A DNA stretch of 64,000 bases from an uncultured Clostridia bacterium (GTDB taxonomy: Bacteria > Bacillota > Clostridia > Oscillospirales > Acutalibacteraceae). The stretch lies in the NCBI GenBank assembly GCA_946566955.1, contig CAMNXD010000005.1, positions 12,044 to 76,043 of the forward strand. Reading direction: 5' to 3'. Made by a program: the position numbers and the translations under genes. This document shows positions 48,924-58,477 of the stretch, piece by piece; the stretch's first letter is position 1; every line of letters begins with the position of its first letter. A model generated the notes under the pieces. It did no database searches. It was not told where the DNA came from and worked only from the letters and a program-made list of their open reading frames with translations.

Positions 48924-50074
48924 TTTTTACCCTCTTGAGTATTAAGAAATTTTCTCGTTTCATCTCGATTTAAATATACACTTTGAACTATCCCTACACC
49001 CAAGTATAAACACGCCGCCGATGACCCACCTACACTGAAAAACGGAAGCGTTACCCCCATTACCGGTAAAAGACTTAAACACATTCCTAAGTTAAATATA
49101 GATTGCGAAACAATAAGGCCGATAAACCCAAAACAAATTAGCATACCCATGCTCTCGCCAGAATGACAAGCTATAAATCCTATTCTACATATAAACGCAA
49201 GAATAAGTCCAAGCAGAAGAATACACCCTATAAATCCTAGCTCTTCTCCAACGGCAGCAAATATAAAGTCGCTCTCTTGAACAGGCACCACTCCATTTGC
49301 CACCCGTGGACCTTGAAAAAGTCCGTAACCAAAAATTCCACCAGAACCTATCGAAAGCTTACCTTGTATTTGTTGATAACCCATGTTAAGTGGGTCTGCT
49401 TCGGGATTAAGCTGAGTTAATATCCTCCTTTTTTGGTAATCGGCAAGAACAAAATTCCACATCATCGGTGCGCTTATTACAGCTAATACTAACATTGCTA
49501 TAAAATACCTAAGTGGAACTTCAGCCATAAACGCCATCATTAGTGCTATACATAAAAATATTATTGCAGCTCCATCGTCACCTTGAAAATGAGTCAGTAC
49601 TACCGGCACAAGCGCATGTAAACCAAGAAGGGTTATTTTTTTTAAATCTTTAAATCCATCGATTTTTTTTAGCTCAGAAAGATGGTGCGCAAACGTAACT
49701 ATAAATCCTATCTTAACTAGCTCCGACGGCTGAAAAGTAATCCCACCGGGAAGTTTTATCCATGCTCTTGCATTTATACCCATTGAGCCTTCCACCTTGA
49801 CTCCAACGAATAAAGTACACAGGATTAAAAAAACACCTATAGCGGCTATCCATTTCCACCATGAAGCTAAGACTTTATAGTCAAGAGCCTGCAAAAAAAA
49901 CGCACCTATAAATCCCATTAAAACAGATAAAAACTGAACAGTAAAATAATTAAAAGTCTCGCGAGAGATGCTCTTTACAAGAAATAAACTGTAAGTTGAA
50001 ATTAAAATAATTATTATCCATAAAACTTTGTCGCTATACCTGACGCAGTTGGAAATTAACTTAAATAAATTCAT
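48920..50074 (-). CDS. FtsW/RodA/SpoVE (SEDS) family peptidoglycan polymerase
   Basis: 384 aa, polytopic; FQPSELVKI..., SDFIFAAVGEELGFIG. Confidence 0.88.
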   Translation of the reverse strand: MNLFKLISNCVRYSDKVLWIIIILISTYSLFLVKSISRETFNYFTVQFLSVLMGFIGAFFLQALDYKVLASWWKWIAAIGVFLILCTLFVGVKVEGSMGINARAWIKLPGGITFQPSELVKIGFIVTFAHHLSELKKIDGFKDLKKITLLGLHALVPVVLTHFQGDDGAAIIFLCIALMMAFMAEVPLRYFIAMLVLAVISAPMMWNFVLADYQKRRILTQLNPEADPLNMGYQQIQGKLSIGSGGIFGYGLFQGPRVANGVVPVQESDFIFAAVGEELGFIGCILLLGLILAFICRIGFIACHSGESMGMLICFGFIGLIVSQSIFNLGMCLSLLPVMGVTLPFFSVGGSSAACLYLGVGIVQSVYLNRDETRKFLNTQEGKK

Positions 50075-50104
50075 ATGTATTATCTCATTTCTAGCAGATT
50101 ATTA

Positions 50105-50950
50105 TTAACTTATATTATAAAACCGATTTATAAAAAAAGTTGCAAAAAATATTCCTGCTGATACTAAAACAATAGTAGAACCTGCTGAAGTCCCGATATA
50201 ATATGAAATTAAAAGTCCTGATATTCCAGAAATAAACGAAAAAATTACCGACATAACATGATACATCCTCATACTCTTAACTATATTTTTTGCCGAAGCC
50301 GCCGGTAAAACTAAAAGAGAGTTTATCATAAGCATACCTATCCATTTTAGCGATACCGTCACTATTACTGCAATTAAAATTACAAAAATTCCTTTATAAA
50401 ATTTTACGTTAATTTGTTTACTAATAGCCATATCAGTATTCAAGCCTGAAAGTAAAAGACCATTAAAAATTAGCATCCATATAACTAAAACTCCTAATAA
50501 AGTAAATAGTAACATAACAACTTCGTCTTTTGTTATTGAGAGGATATCCCCTACCAGGTAAGAAGAATATTTTGAAAAACTTCCTCCGAAAGAAAGTATA
50601 AAAATGCCTAGTGCAATTCCCGCTGATGAAAAGACTCCTATTACAGTATCGGGAGAAGAAATTTCTGAATACATTATAGCTGAAATACTAAGTGCAAAGA
50701 TTATCGAAAATCCCAGCATAGCCACCGACGGATTTTGAACACCCATAACCACTCCCAAAGCAATTCCAGTCAAAGCGCAATGGCCCAATGCGTCCGAAAA
50801 AAACGACATTTTATTATTAACTACCATAGTTCCAATAAGTCCTAAAAGAGGCGTTATAAGCATTACCGCTAAAAATGCATTTTTCATAAAAGTAAAATTT
50901 ACCCACGAAAAGGGTAAAATATAGTCCATTATGGAATATATTATTTCCAT
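50105..50950 (-). CDS. Metal (Zn/Mn) ABC transporter permease, ABC-3 family
   Basis: 281 aa, polytopic; adjacent to the ATPase and TroA/ZnuA-like binding protein. Confidence 0.85.
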   Translation of the reverse strand: MEIIYSIMDYILPFSWVNFTFMKNAFLAVMLITPLLGLIGTMVVNNKMSFFSDALGHCALTGIALGVVMGVQNPSVAMLGFSIIFALSISAIMYSEISSPDTVIGVFSSAGIALGIFILSFGGSFSKYSSYLVGDILSITKDEVVMLLFTLLGVLVIWMLIFNGLLLSGLNTDMAISKQINVKFYKGIFVILIAVIVTVSLKWIGMLMINSLLVLPAASAKNIVKSMRMYHVMSVIFSFISGISGLLISYYIGTSAGSTIVLVSAGIFFATFFINRFYNIS

Positions 50951-51687
50951 ACTTCCTCAGCTCCATCCACATCTATTCCAAAGGTTTTGCGTACCTTTCT
51001 ACTATTAACCAGATCACGCGCAATTCCCGTTTCTACAACTGTATGATCAATAAGAGCGTAAGAAGTTGAATATTTAACAACGTGTCCAAGGTCATGTGAG
51101 ACTAGAAGAACCGGCATATGATAATCCTCTCGCATGGAATTTATAATGCTATAAAACTTACTTATACCCTTTCTATCAACAGCTGATACAGGTTCATCTA
51201 AAAGCAAAATATCGGGCCTTGGCTCAAGCGCAAAGGCCAAAAGTACTCTTTGCAATTCCCCTCCAGAAAGCCGACCCAAGGGACTGTCCACGTGTTTATT
51301 CATGCCCACTTTTTCTAAAACCTCTATAGCTTTATTTCTCGTCTTTTTTGTGTGGCCCAGCCATACAGCTAAACGCGAAGAATTTGCACAAAATAAATCC
51401 ATAACAGTTAGAGGAGTACTGCGATCAAAGCTAAGTCTTTGGGGAACGTACCCTATTTTAGGATTTGATATTTTATTTCCTTTGGAATCAAAAAAATCTA
51501 TACTACCACAAAATTCGCTAACACGAAGTATAGCTTTAAGAAGAGTGGTTTTACCAGCGCCGTTTCTCCCTATGAGCGCAAGAGTCTCTCCGTGGTTGGC
51601 AGTAAGAGAAACATTGTCAAGTATGACGTTACTTCCTTTTTTAACTCTTAAATTCCTAATTTTTACACTGCAATGACATTCTTTCAT
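50941..51687 (-). CDS. Metal ABC transporter ATP-binding protein
   Basis: Walker A GRNGAGKTT, signature LSGGELQR, Walker B LLLLDEP. Confidence 0.9.
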   Translation of the reverse strand: MKECHCSVKIRNLRVKKGSNVILDNVSLTANHGETLALIGRNGAGKTTLLKAILRVSEFCGSIDFFDSKGNKISNPKIGYVPQRLSFDRSTPLTVMDLFCANSSRLAVWLGHTKKTRNKAIEVLEKVGMNKHVDSPLGRLSGGELQRVLLAFALEPRPDILLLDEPVSAVDRKGISKFYSIINSMREDYHMPVLLVSHDLGHVVKYSTSYALIDHTVVETGIARDLVNSRKVRKTFGIDVDGAEEVWK

Positions 51688-51712
51688 TTTTATTAATTTC
51701 CTTTACTTAAAT

Positions 51713-52621
51713 TCACTTTAATGCTTCACAAAGCACATCTAAATTCTTTTTCATAGTATCTACATATGAATTCTCTGAAAAGTCTCCCGTAACTGCAGGA
51801 TCAAGAACATAAATTTTAGCGCCTGTTTCTTTAGCAATAGTTGATGCTGTGCTTTGAGGATATTGAGGCTCTACGAAAATACTTTTTATATTCTTTTCCT
51901 TTATTAGCTCTATAATTTCTCTGACTTCTCTAATAGGAGGTTCTTCACCTGGCTCGTGATTGATAACTCCTGCTATATTAAGATTAAATTCTTTTGCAAA
52001 ATATGGAAAAGCTTCATGGAAAGTTATGATATCTCTATTTTTTACGTCTTTTAGCTTCATGCTTATTTCTTGCTTTAAGTTTTCTAGCTTTGAGATGTAT
52101 TCCTGTGCATTCTTTTCATACATTTGCGCATGAGATGGGTCATACTTTACTAAACCGGCTTTAATGTTTTCTACCTGCTTTATGCAGCCACTAACAGACA
52201 TCCATATATGAGGATTAAACTCATGGTGACAATGCTCTTGATGGACATTTTCTTCATATAAGCAATCATCTTTAATAAGTTCTATCCCTTCGCTTGAATC
52301 TATTAACCTGATTCCAGGCAGTTCACTTTTCACCCTATCTAAAAAGGATTCCATACCTGCACCATTAATAATAAAAGCAGAAGATTTCTCTATTTTTTTA
52401 AGGTCTTCAGATCTTAACTGAAAATTATGCAAACAACCCGTGTTACTTTCAGACATATTAACTGTTTCAACGCCTGGAATATCCTTTGTGAGGTTGATAG
52501 TCATAATATAAATAGGATAACAAGAAGTTACAACTTTAAAGTCTTCATTTTTCCCTTTTTTACATCCCGTAAAAACAAAACAAACTAAAATCAATATCGC
52601 TGCGGAAAAAAACCTTTTCAA
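51713..52621 (-). CDS. Metal-binding lipoprotein (ZnuA/TroA family) with a His-rich loop
   Basis: Lipobox FTGC; HQEHCHHEFNPHIW. Confidence 0.85.
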   Translation of the reverse strand: MKRFFSAAILILVCFVFTGCKKGKNEDFKVVTSCYPIYIMTINLTKDIPGVETVNMSESNTGCLHNFQLRSEDLKKIEKSSAFIINGAGMESFLDRVKSELPGIRLIDSSEGIELIKDDCLYEENVHQEHCHHEFNPHIWMSVSGCIKQVENIKAGLVKYDPSHAQMYEKNAQEYISKLENLKQEISMKLKDVKNRDIITFHEAFPYFAKEFNLNIAGVINHEPGEEPPIREVREIIELIKEKNIKSIFVEPQYPQSTASTIAKETGAKIYVLDPAVTGDFSENSYVDTMKKNLDVLCEALK

Positions 52622-52696
52622 TTTAATACCTCCACAAAAATAAAATTAAACAAATATTCTCAATATATAATAAATTTTTCTGCGTCATAAGTAAAG

Positions 52697-53095
52697 CTAT
52701 ACACAAATATTCGTTTTAATTTTTTCAAATAGTTTTTCACCTATACCTTTCACATTTTTGATTTCCTCAATGCTAGAAAATCCACCGTAGCTTTCTCTAT
52801 ATTCAACTATTCTTTTTGCCATTGCTGGTCCTATGCCATCTAATTTAGTAAGCTCGGACTCAGAAGCAGTATTTAAATTAATTAAAGAATCTAAAGATTT
52901 ATTTTCATCTTTTGAGTCGGAATCAACTTTGTAGCCGGATAGCTTTTCGCGCGTAACATTACCAGAAATTTCAATGATTTCAGATGCATTTGGCGCATAA
53001 AAAGCATTATACCCAATAACAGCTGCAAACATAAAAATCGCAATACAAATTAAAATCGTTTCACTTTTAATTCCGCTTTGTTTTTCATCGTTCAT
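52697..53095 (-). CDS. comEA: ComEA-family helix-hairpin-helix DNA-binding protein
   Basis: TM, then LNTASESELTKLDGIGPAMAKRIVEYRE...VKGIGEKLFEKIK. Confidence 0.85.
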   Translation of the reverse strand: MNDEKQSGIKSETILICIAIFMFAAVIGYNAFYAPNASEIIEISGNVTREKLSGYKVDSDSKDENKSLDSLINLNTASESELTKLDGIGPAMAKRIVEYRESYGGFSSIEEIKNVKGIGEKLFEKIKTNICV

Positions 53096-53196
53096 AAATA
53101 ACTCCTCCTCGATTTTATTTAAAACCCATTGCTCTTTAGAAAGCTTTAGATCACTTTAACTTAAAGCTATTTGTTAGTAAATAAAAAATTGCTGAG

Positions 53197-53225
53197 CAAA
53201 AAAGCCGCACTATTTAGTGCAGCTT
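53197..53225 (-). terminator. Intrinsic terminator after the 384-aa orphan gene
   Basis: AAGCUGCAC-UAAAUA-GUGCGGCUU followed by UUUU. Confidence 0.65.
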
Positions 53226-53240
53226 TTAAATTTATAATTA

Positions 53241-54395
53241 TCAATCTAATATATTTTTAAGTTTACGGTCAAGCTCATCAAGATCGCGCACTTTCATTAA
53301 AATATTTGTTACTTTTTTTCGAAGTGTTTCATCTGACTTAATTTTTTCTTCTAATTTTTTAGTCATAATATCATATGCTTTTTTTAAAAAATCGTCAGCA
53401 GTTTTAGAAAACAAACCTTTTTTATATAGGATTTTCGATCTATAAGTGCAAACGAGTTTGCTGCTTTTTAATTCCCTGTAATATTTATTATCAGAATTTA
53501 CAAAGTCTAATAGGTCCTCAACGAACCAATCAACAAACCTTTCTACATCAGCATTATATTTATGTCTCATTTTCTCAGTAATTAGACTTCTTAAATTGGA
53601 TTTAATAGATTGAAATTCTTTTAAAGCTTTTTCAGGACCTTCTGCCTTCACTAATTTTTCAAACTTTTCCTCATAATTTTCATTTTGGAAATTGAGATAT
53701 ACACCATAATGTGTTTCTATTCTGTTCAAAAAACTATATTTATTTAACTCATTAATATTTATGTGATACTTATTTTTGCATTCCTCTAGAGCATCGTCAC
53801 GTATCTTTTGTATATTTTCTATTAATTCTTTTTTCATAGCTTCTTCTGGCTTGGCTTCATATTTATTTTTAAAAGAATTAAATATATCAAAAAGACTATC
53901 AGCAAGTCCTTTAATTTCTGTTTTTACGGTTTTTGAATTTAAAACCGCAAACCTAGATTTGACCTTTGCTTCTGATAACTTTAAAAGCGCCTTTCTAGAA
54001 AATTCCAAACTCGCTTTAAGTTGATGCCACTTTATTTTCCGGACATTTAGATTATCTATTTCCAGTTCTTTTATTTGGGTGTTAAATACTTTACGGGTTT
54101 TTATAAGTTCTTTTGCCGCTTTTTCTAAAAGTGGCTTGCTGTCGCTTTTCTTTTTTCCTCCTGATAATATTTTAGCATCCTCATCTGCTGATTCGTCGAC
54201 AGAAAATTTAACTTGCTCAGCAAGGCATTTTCCTATTTTTAAAATGACTTCATTGAACTCGTCAAGAAATTCGCGATTTTTAAATAAATCAAACTTTTCT
54301 CTATTAGAACCTAGATATTCAGACTCAACTGTTTCTAAATCTTTAGATAACTTTTTTAATTTAGATGTAAACGCTCCTTGCTTTGGGGTATTCAT
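53241..54395 (-). CDS. Orphan helical K/E-rich protein, paralog D of the 37.9-40.5 kb family
   Basis: 384 aa from the ATG at 54395, 8 nt after AAAGGAG; SNREKFDLF and IGKCLAEQ motifs shared with the cluster. Confidence 0.65.
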   Translation of the reverse strand: MNTPKQGAFTSKLKKLSKDLETVESEYLGSNREKFDLFKNREFLDEFNEVILKIGKCLAEQVKFSVDESADEDAKILSGGKKKSDSKPLLEKAAKELIKTRKVFNTQIKELEIDNLNVRKIKWHQLKASLEFSRKALLKLSEAKVKSRFAVLNSKTVKTEIKGLADSLFDIFNSFKNKYEAKPEEAMKKELIENIQKIRDDALEECKNKYHININELNKYSFLNRIETHYGVYLNFQNENYEEKFEKLVKAEGPEKALKEFQSIKSNLRSLITEKMRHKYNADVERFVDWFVEDLLDFVNSDNKYYRELKSSKLVCTYRSKILYKKGLFSKTADDFLKKAYDIMTKKLEEKIKSDETLRKKVTNILMKVRDLDELDRKLKNILD

Positions 54396-54441
54396 TAAAA
54401 CCACTCCTTTATTTTTTTAACTCCCGAGACTAGATTAACAC

Positions 54442-54455
54442 AAAAAAAAAAAAAA
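54442..54455. repeat. A14/T14 homopolymer in the promoter region of paralog D
   Basis: Counted directly: 14 consecutive A on plus, 47-60 nt upstream of the ATG, flanked on minus by TTG...GTGTTAATCT. Confidence 0.9.
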
Positions 54456-54471
54456 CAATACTTTTTTGTAT

Positions 54472-54506
54472 AAAAAATAAAATCCCTCCCAAATGCAGGA
54501 AGGGAT
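54472..54506 (-). terminator. Intrinsic terminator after spoIVA
   Basis: AUCCCUUCC-UGCAUUU-GGGAGGGAU followed by UUUAUUUUUU. Confidence 0.75.
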
Positions 54507-54511
54507 ATCTC

Positions 54512-55990
54512 TTATAAAATTATGCATATAAGTCCATTGCAGCCTTCATTAATAATTCGTTCAATAGTTTCCTTTATTTTTTCCCTGGCGTCTGGCGGCA
54601 TTCGATAAAGCTTGTTGTGAAGTCCTTCATTTACAAGCTCATGCAAGGATTTACCAAAAATATTCGACTCCCATATCTTCGCCGGATTCTCTTCGAATTC
54701 ACGCAAAAGATACATAACTAGCTCTTCAGATTGCTGCTCGGATCCAACAATAGGCGTGACTTCAGTTGTAATATTAGTTTTAAGCATATGTACAGAAGGT
54801 GCAGAAGCCCTAAGCTTTATGCCGTACTTTCCGTTTTGCTTTATGATTTCCGGTTCATCAAGACTAAGCTCTTCCATAGTCGGCATTACTATTCCATATC
54901 CTGATTCATCTACTTCATCATAAGCAGCGGCTATCTTATCGTATTTTTTTCTCATACGCGCTAAATCCATCATGCAATCCATAAGGGAGCATTCATCAGT
55001 TATATCAATGCCAGTTTTTTCACCAAGAACTTTATAAAAAAGCGTTGGGTCTAAACTTATATTTATTCTCGCATTCCCTTTACCCAAATCTATGGAAAGT
55101 ATCTCTGCAGAATTTATATACTTACACTGCGAAAGAGTGTCGATCATTTTTTGAATTTCACTTATTTTAGAAATATCCTTAGCAGCTCCACTTATACACG
55201 AGTAAACTGCTGCTCTGAGCCAATGATCTTTTTCAAGAGGAGTAAGCCAGCGGGGCATATTAATTTTTATTTCTCTTATAGGAAACTCAAAAAGAAGCTC
55301 AGCAAGTATTCGTTTAATTTCGTTTTCGTCCATTTCACTGCAGTTTACGGGTACCACAGGAACTTCGTATTTTTCTGAAAGCTTTTCCGAAAGATCTTTA
55401 ACGTCCCTAGAATACGGATACATACTGTTCAAAAGGATTATAAATGGTTTATTTATTTCTTTAAGCTCATTAATAACTCTTTGTTCTGCTTCTTCGTATT
55501 CAGTGCGCGCAATGTCGCTTATACTTCCGTCAGTGGTAATAACAAGTCCGATTGTTGAGTGGTCAGTAATAACTTTTTTAGTGCCTATCTCCGCGGCCAT
55601 GTTAAAGGGGATTTCTTCTTCAAACCATGGGGTTTTTACCATTCTCGGCTCATCATCTTCAATATACCCAAGTGCGCTTGGAACAATATATCCAACGCAA
55701 TCTATCATTCTTGTTTTAAAAGCAGCGGCGTCGTCTATGTTGACTTCCACGGCATCCTCGGGTATGAATTTAGGCTCAGTCGTCATGATGGTGCGTCCGG
55801 CGGCGGATTGCGGCAGCTCATCGACAGCTCTTTCTTTTTGACTTTCATCCAAAATATTGGGTATTACCAAAGTGTCCATAAATTTTTTAATAAATGTAGA
55901 TTTACCACTACGGACTGGTCCTACCACCCCAATATAAATATCTCCATTAGTGCGCTGAGAGATATCCTTATAGATGTTACGTTCTTCCAC
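54512..55990 (-). CDS. spoIVA: Stage IV sporulation protein A (spore coat morphogenetic ATPase)
   Basis: 492 aa, DIYIGVVGPVRSGKSTFIKKFMD; GTG start behind AGGAGG. Confidence 0.92.
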   Translation of the reverse strand: MEERNIYKDISQRTNGDIYIGVVGPVRSGKSTFIKKFMDTLVIPNILDESQKERAVDELPQSAAGRTIMTTEPKFIPEDAVEVNIDDAAAFKTRMIDCVGYIVPSALGYIEDDEPRMVKTPWFEEEIPFNMAAEIGTKKVITDHSTIGLVITTDGSISDIARTEYEEAEQRVINELKEINKPFIILLNSMYPYSRDVKDLSEKLSEKYEVPVVPVNCSEMDENEIKRILAELLFEFPIREIKINMPRWLTPLEKDHWLRAAVYSCISGAAKDISKISEIQKMIDTLSQCKYINSAEILSIDLGKGNARINISLDPTLFYKVLGEKTGIDITDECSLMDCMMDLARMRKKYDKIAAAYDEVDESGYGIVMPTMEELSLDEPEIIKQNGKYGIKLRASAPSVHMLKTNITTEVTPIVGSEQQSEELVMYLLREFEENPAKIWESNIFGKSLHELVNEGLHNKLYRMPPDAREKIKETIERIINEGCNGLICIIL

Positions 55991-56046
55991 TTTTTTTCCT
56001 CCTGAGAATTATTTTTTATATTTCAGCCCTAAAATACTATATTTAG

Positions 56047-57585
56047 CTATTTCATGGGTATAAGAAGCATACCACTATTTTGGATCTTATCTTCTAAAAG
56101 CTCATTTTCCTGTTTTATCATGCTTGCAGAGGTATAGTATTTTCGGGCAATATCCCAAACATCTTCTCCTTCACATGCATAGTATACCGTCAAAGAAGCA
56201 TCATCTTTATCAACCGTACTTGACTCATCCGTAACAACGCTAGTTACCATACTATATTTACGGCCTAAATAAAGTTCTCCGAAAATCTCAAGCTTTAATC
56301 TTATTTCTATGCCATTTGATCCACTTACGCCATATCCTATTGACGTCGGAACTATTCGAGCTTCACATATACTATCCTCTGAAGCGTTTTCGCACTCTTT
56401 AGAATGACTAAACTCAAATATACGTTCAACGTATATCGGGATGTTATCTCCGTCAAGAGCTAACACACAAACATTCATTTTACACTTAAAAGTTAAGGCT
56501 CCGTCCTCGAAATGCGGACTTACACTGCAAGAATCGCTCCAGACATCTAATATCTTTGAAATGCTGCCATCAGAAAGATTTATGCTTTCCTTATGATTAA
56601 AACTCTCACGCATAAAGTCAGTAAGCTGATTCATCTTTACAGGTTCACTCATAATCTCAACGTCATAATCTGTGGAATAGACGTCCGAAACAACTGAAAC
56701 TTCTTTATCGCTGTAAGCCATGACGGTAGCGGCAAGTTTTATTTCGCAAGCAACGAAATTAGAGTTTTGACCGTTTTCAGTGCGTATTTGTTCATCATGA
56801 GTCAAAATTTCAGCATTTATAGCGCAGTTAGAGTCTTCTGTTATGCCGGGCACATCTACTATCTGACTGATTGGTATATTGTAGTCTAAAACGTCAGTAT
56901 GACCTGAAGCTAAATCGTCCATATAAAGTAGTTTTATTACCGCTTCGCCTTTTACTACAGTCTTATTGGACATGTTTTTATATTCATTTATGACAACAGA
57001 TACTTCTGAATTGATAATTATTTCCGGTGAAGCATGACCTTCCGGCACTTCCAGCATTTCACTTAAAGCAAATTGCTGTTGACCTATACCAATTAGATTA
57101 TTCATTTTTATATCTGAAATTTTTTGCTGAATGTCTTTGCCTGAAACCGAAGAAGAAAGTTCTAAATTTTTTTTACTGTAAACTTCACTACAAATCGAAA
57201 ATGCACCATGTATATCAAGCTTTCGCGGACTTACCGCTCTACAGTTTACATACTCAACTCTTGAAGAAGTTATGGCAAAAGCATTTTCTGGCGTACATCT
57301 AATATCTACAGAACACGAAAACGGCACAGAGTTCTCACAGCATCTCATCCTATTATTTTCAGAATCTACGTACATAACTCGAATTTTAGTCATGCCTTCA
57401 ATATTAAGACGATCACCGGAAATGTTTCTTGAGGTTATGTTTGGACACATCCTACACTTTAAAATTTTCTTTATATCAGGGCAATATTCAGGTAGTTAAA
57501 AATCTAAATCGACTGGTACCTCCTTACATCCTTCAAAAACTTGATCCCTAATAGCTAAAGTGCTTTTACTTACGTCATAGTTCAT
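56047..57585 (-). pseudogene. SipL/SpoVID-like DUF3794 + C-terminal LysM protein with an in-frame TAA at codon 30 (57496-57498)
   Basis: Strong SD GAGGAGAGG + ATG at 57585, 29 codons, TAA, then the same frame continues LPEYCPDIKKILKCRMCPNI... into the 467-aa track ORF. LysM at the C-terminus. Lies next to spoIVA. Confidence 0.65.
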
Positions 57586-57663
57586 TTTTGACCTCTCCTC
57601 GACTCACATATAGTATTAAATTTTATTCTCATTCATCTTTATTTATTACAGCCTTGTAAAAAT

Positions 57664-58422
57664 TTAAGCACCATTTTGTTTCTGCTTACCTTGCGAATCC
57701 ATAGAATAATTTTCTTTGTAGATTATTTGAGAAATCGGGACTATTTCATATCCTTCTTCTTTTATGGCATCTATAATTTTAGGTAAAGCTTCAGGAGTAT
57801 TTTTAGCACCATTGTGCATTAAGATTATTGACCCTGGTTTTATCTTGGATTTTATTCTTTTCACCATATCCTCAGGTGATGGATCTTTCCAGTCGAGGCT
57901 ATCAACGTCCCACTGTATGCAATGCATTTGGAGTTCATTTGTAGACTCAACCACGCAGTTGTTATAATCACCGTAAGGGGGTCTGAACAAAATTGGACGC
58001 GGCGCACCAGCAGCTTCTATTTTTTTGTTGCAATCCTCGATTTGTGCAAGAACTTTATCTTTTTCTAATTTAGGTAGATGTGGGTGAGTATCGGAATGAT
58101 TACCAACGTCGTGGCCCGCATCAGCAATTGCTTTTACCGATTCAGGATATTTTTCGGCCCAAAATCCAACTAGAAAAAAGGTACTCTTAACTTCCTTTTG
58201 AGCTAAGATATCTAAAAGAGTTTGAGTCTGCTCGTTTCCCCAAGCGGCGTCAAAAGATAAACTTACTACTTTCTCTTCTTTATCAACACAATAAATAGGA
58301 AGCTTACGTTCCTGTGCTCGGAAAATATAACTGCTGCTCAGGGTCGCCACGCCGACAATAGTAGTAATTACGCAACCAACGATAATCATAAGTTTTTTTC
58401 TGTTTATTACCCATACTTTCAT
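57664..58422 (-). CDS. Polysaccharide deacetylase (PdaB-like, NodB domain)
   Basis: 252 aa; N-terminal TM; LSFDAAWGNE...FFLVGFW...GNHSDTHPH. Confidence 0.85.
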   Translation of the reverse strand: MKVWVINRKKLMIIVGCVITTIVGVATLSSSYIFRAQERKLPIYCVDKEEKVVSLSFDAAWGNEQTQTLLDILAQKEVKSTFFLVGFWAEKYPESVKAIADAGHDVGNHSDTHPHLPKLEKDKVLAQIEDCNKKIEAAGAPRPILFRPPYGDYNNCVVESTNELQMHCIQWDVDSLDWKDPSPEDMVKRIKSKIKPGSIILMHNGAKNTPEALPKIIDAIKEEGYEIVPISQIIYKENYSMDSQGKQKQNGA

Positions 58423-58477
58423 TTATATCGAATCCTCCTTGATAAAAATCTATATGCATAAATCCAAATATATAGAA

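Noticed and set aside
53977-54000. AKILSGG in paralog D as a third double-glycine leader
   Set aside because: The hydrophobic positions of the leader consensus (-7 and -12) are not satisfied, and the motif lies about 80 aa into a helical protein.
55503-56005. 112-aa and 148-aa plus-strand ORFs
   Set aside because: Antisense to spoIVA, whose identity is unambiguous. No independent signals.
40177-57498. The in-frame TAA codons as evidence of stop-codon reassignment or programmed recoding
   Set aside because: TAA terminates many well-defined genes in this window at their expected ends (for example rpmJ, infA and scfA), so a genetic-code change is untenable. A simple mutation or assembly error is more parsimonious.
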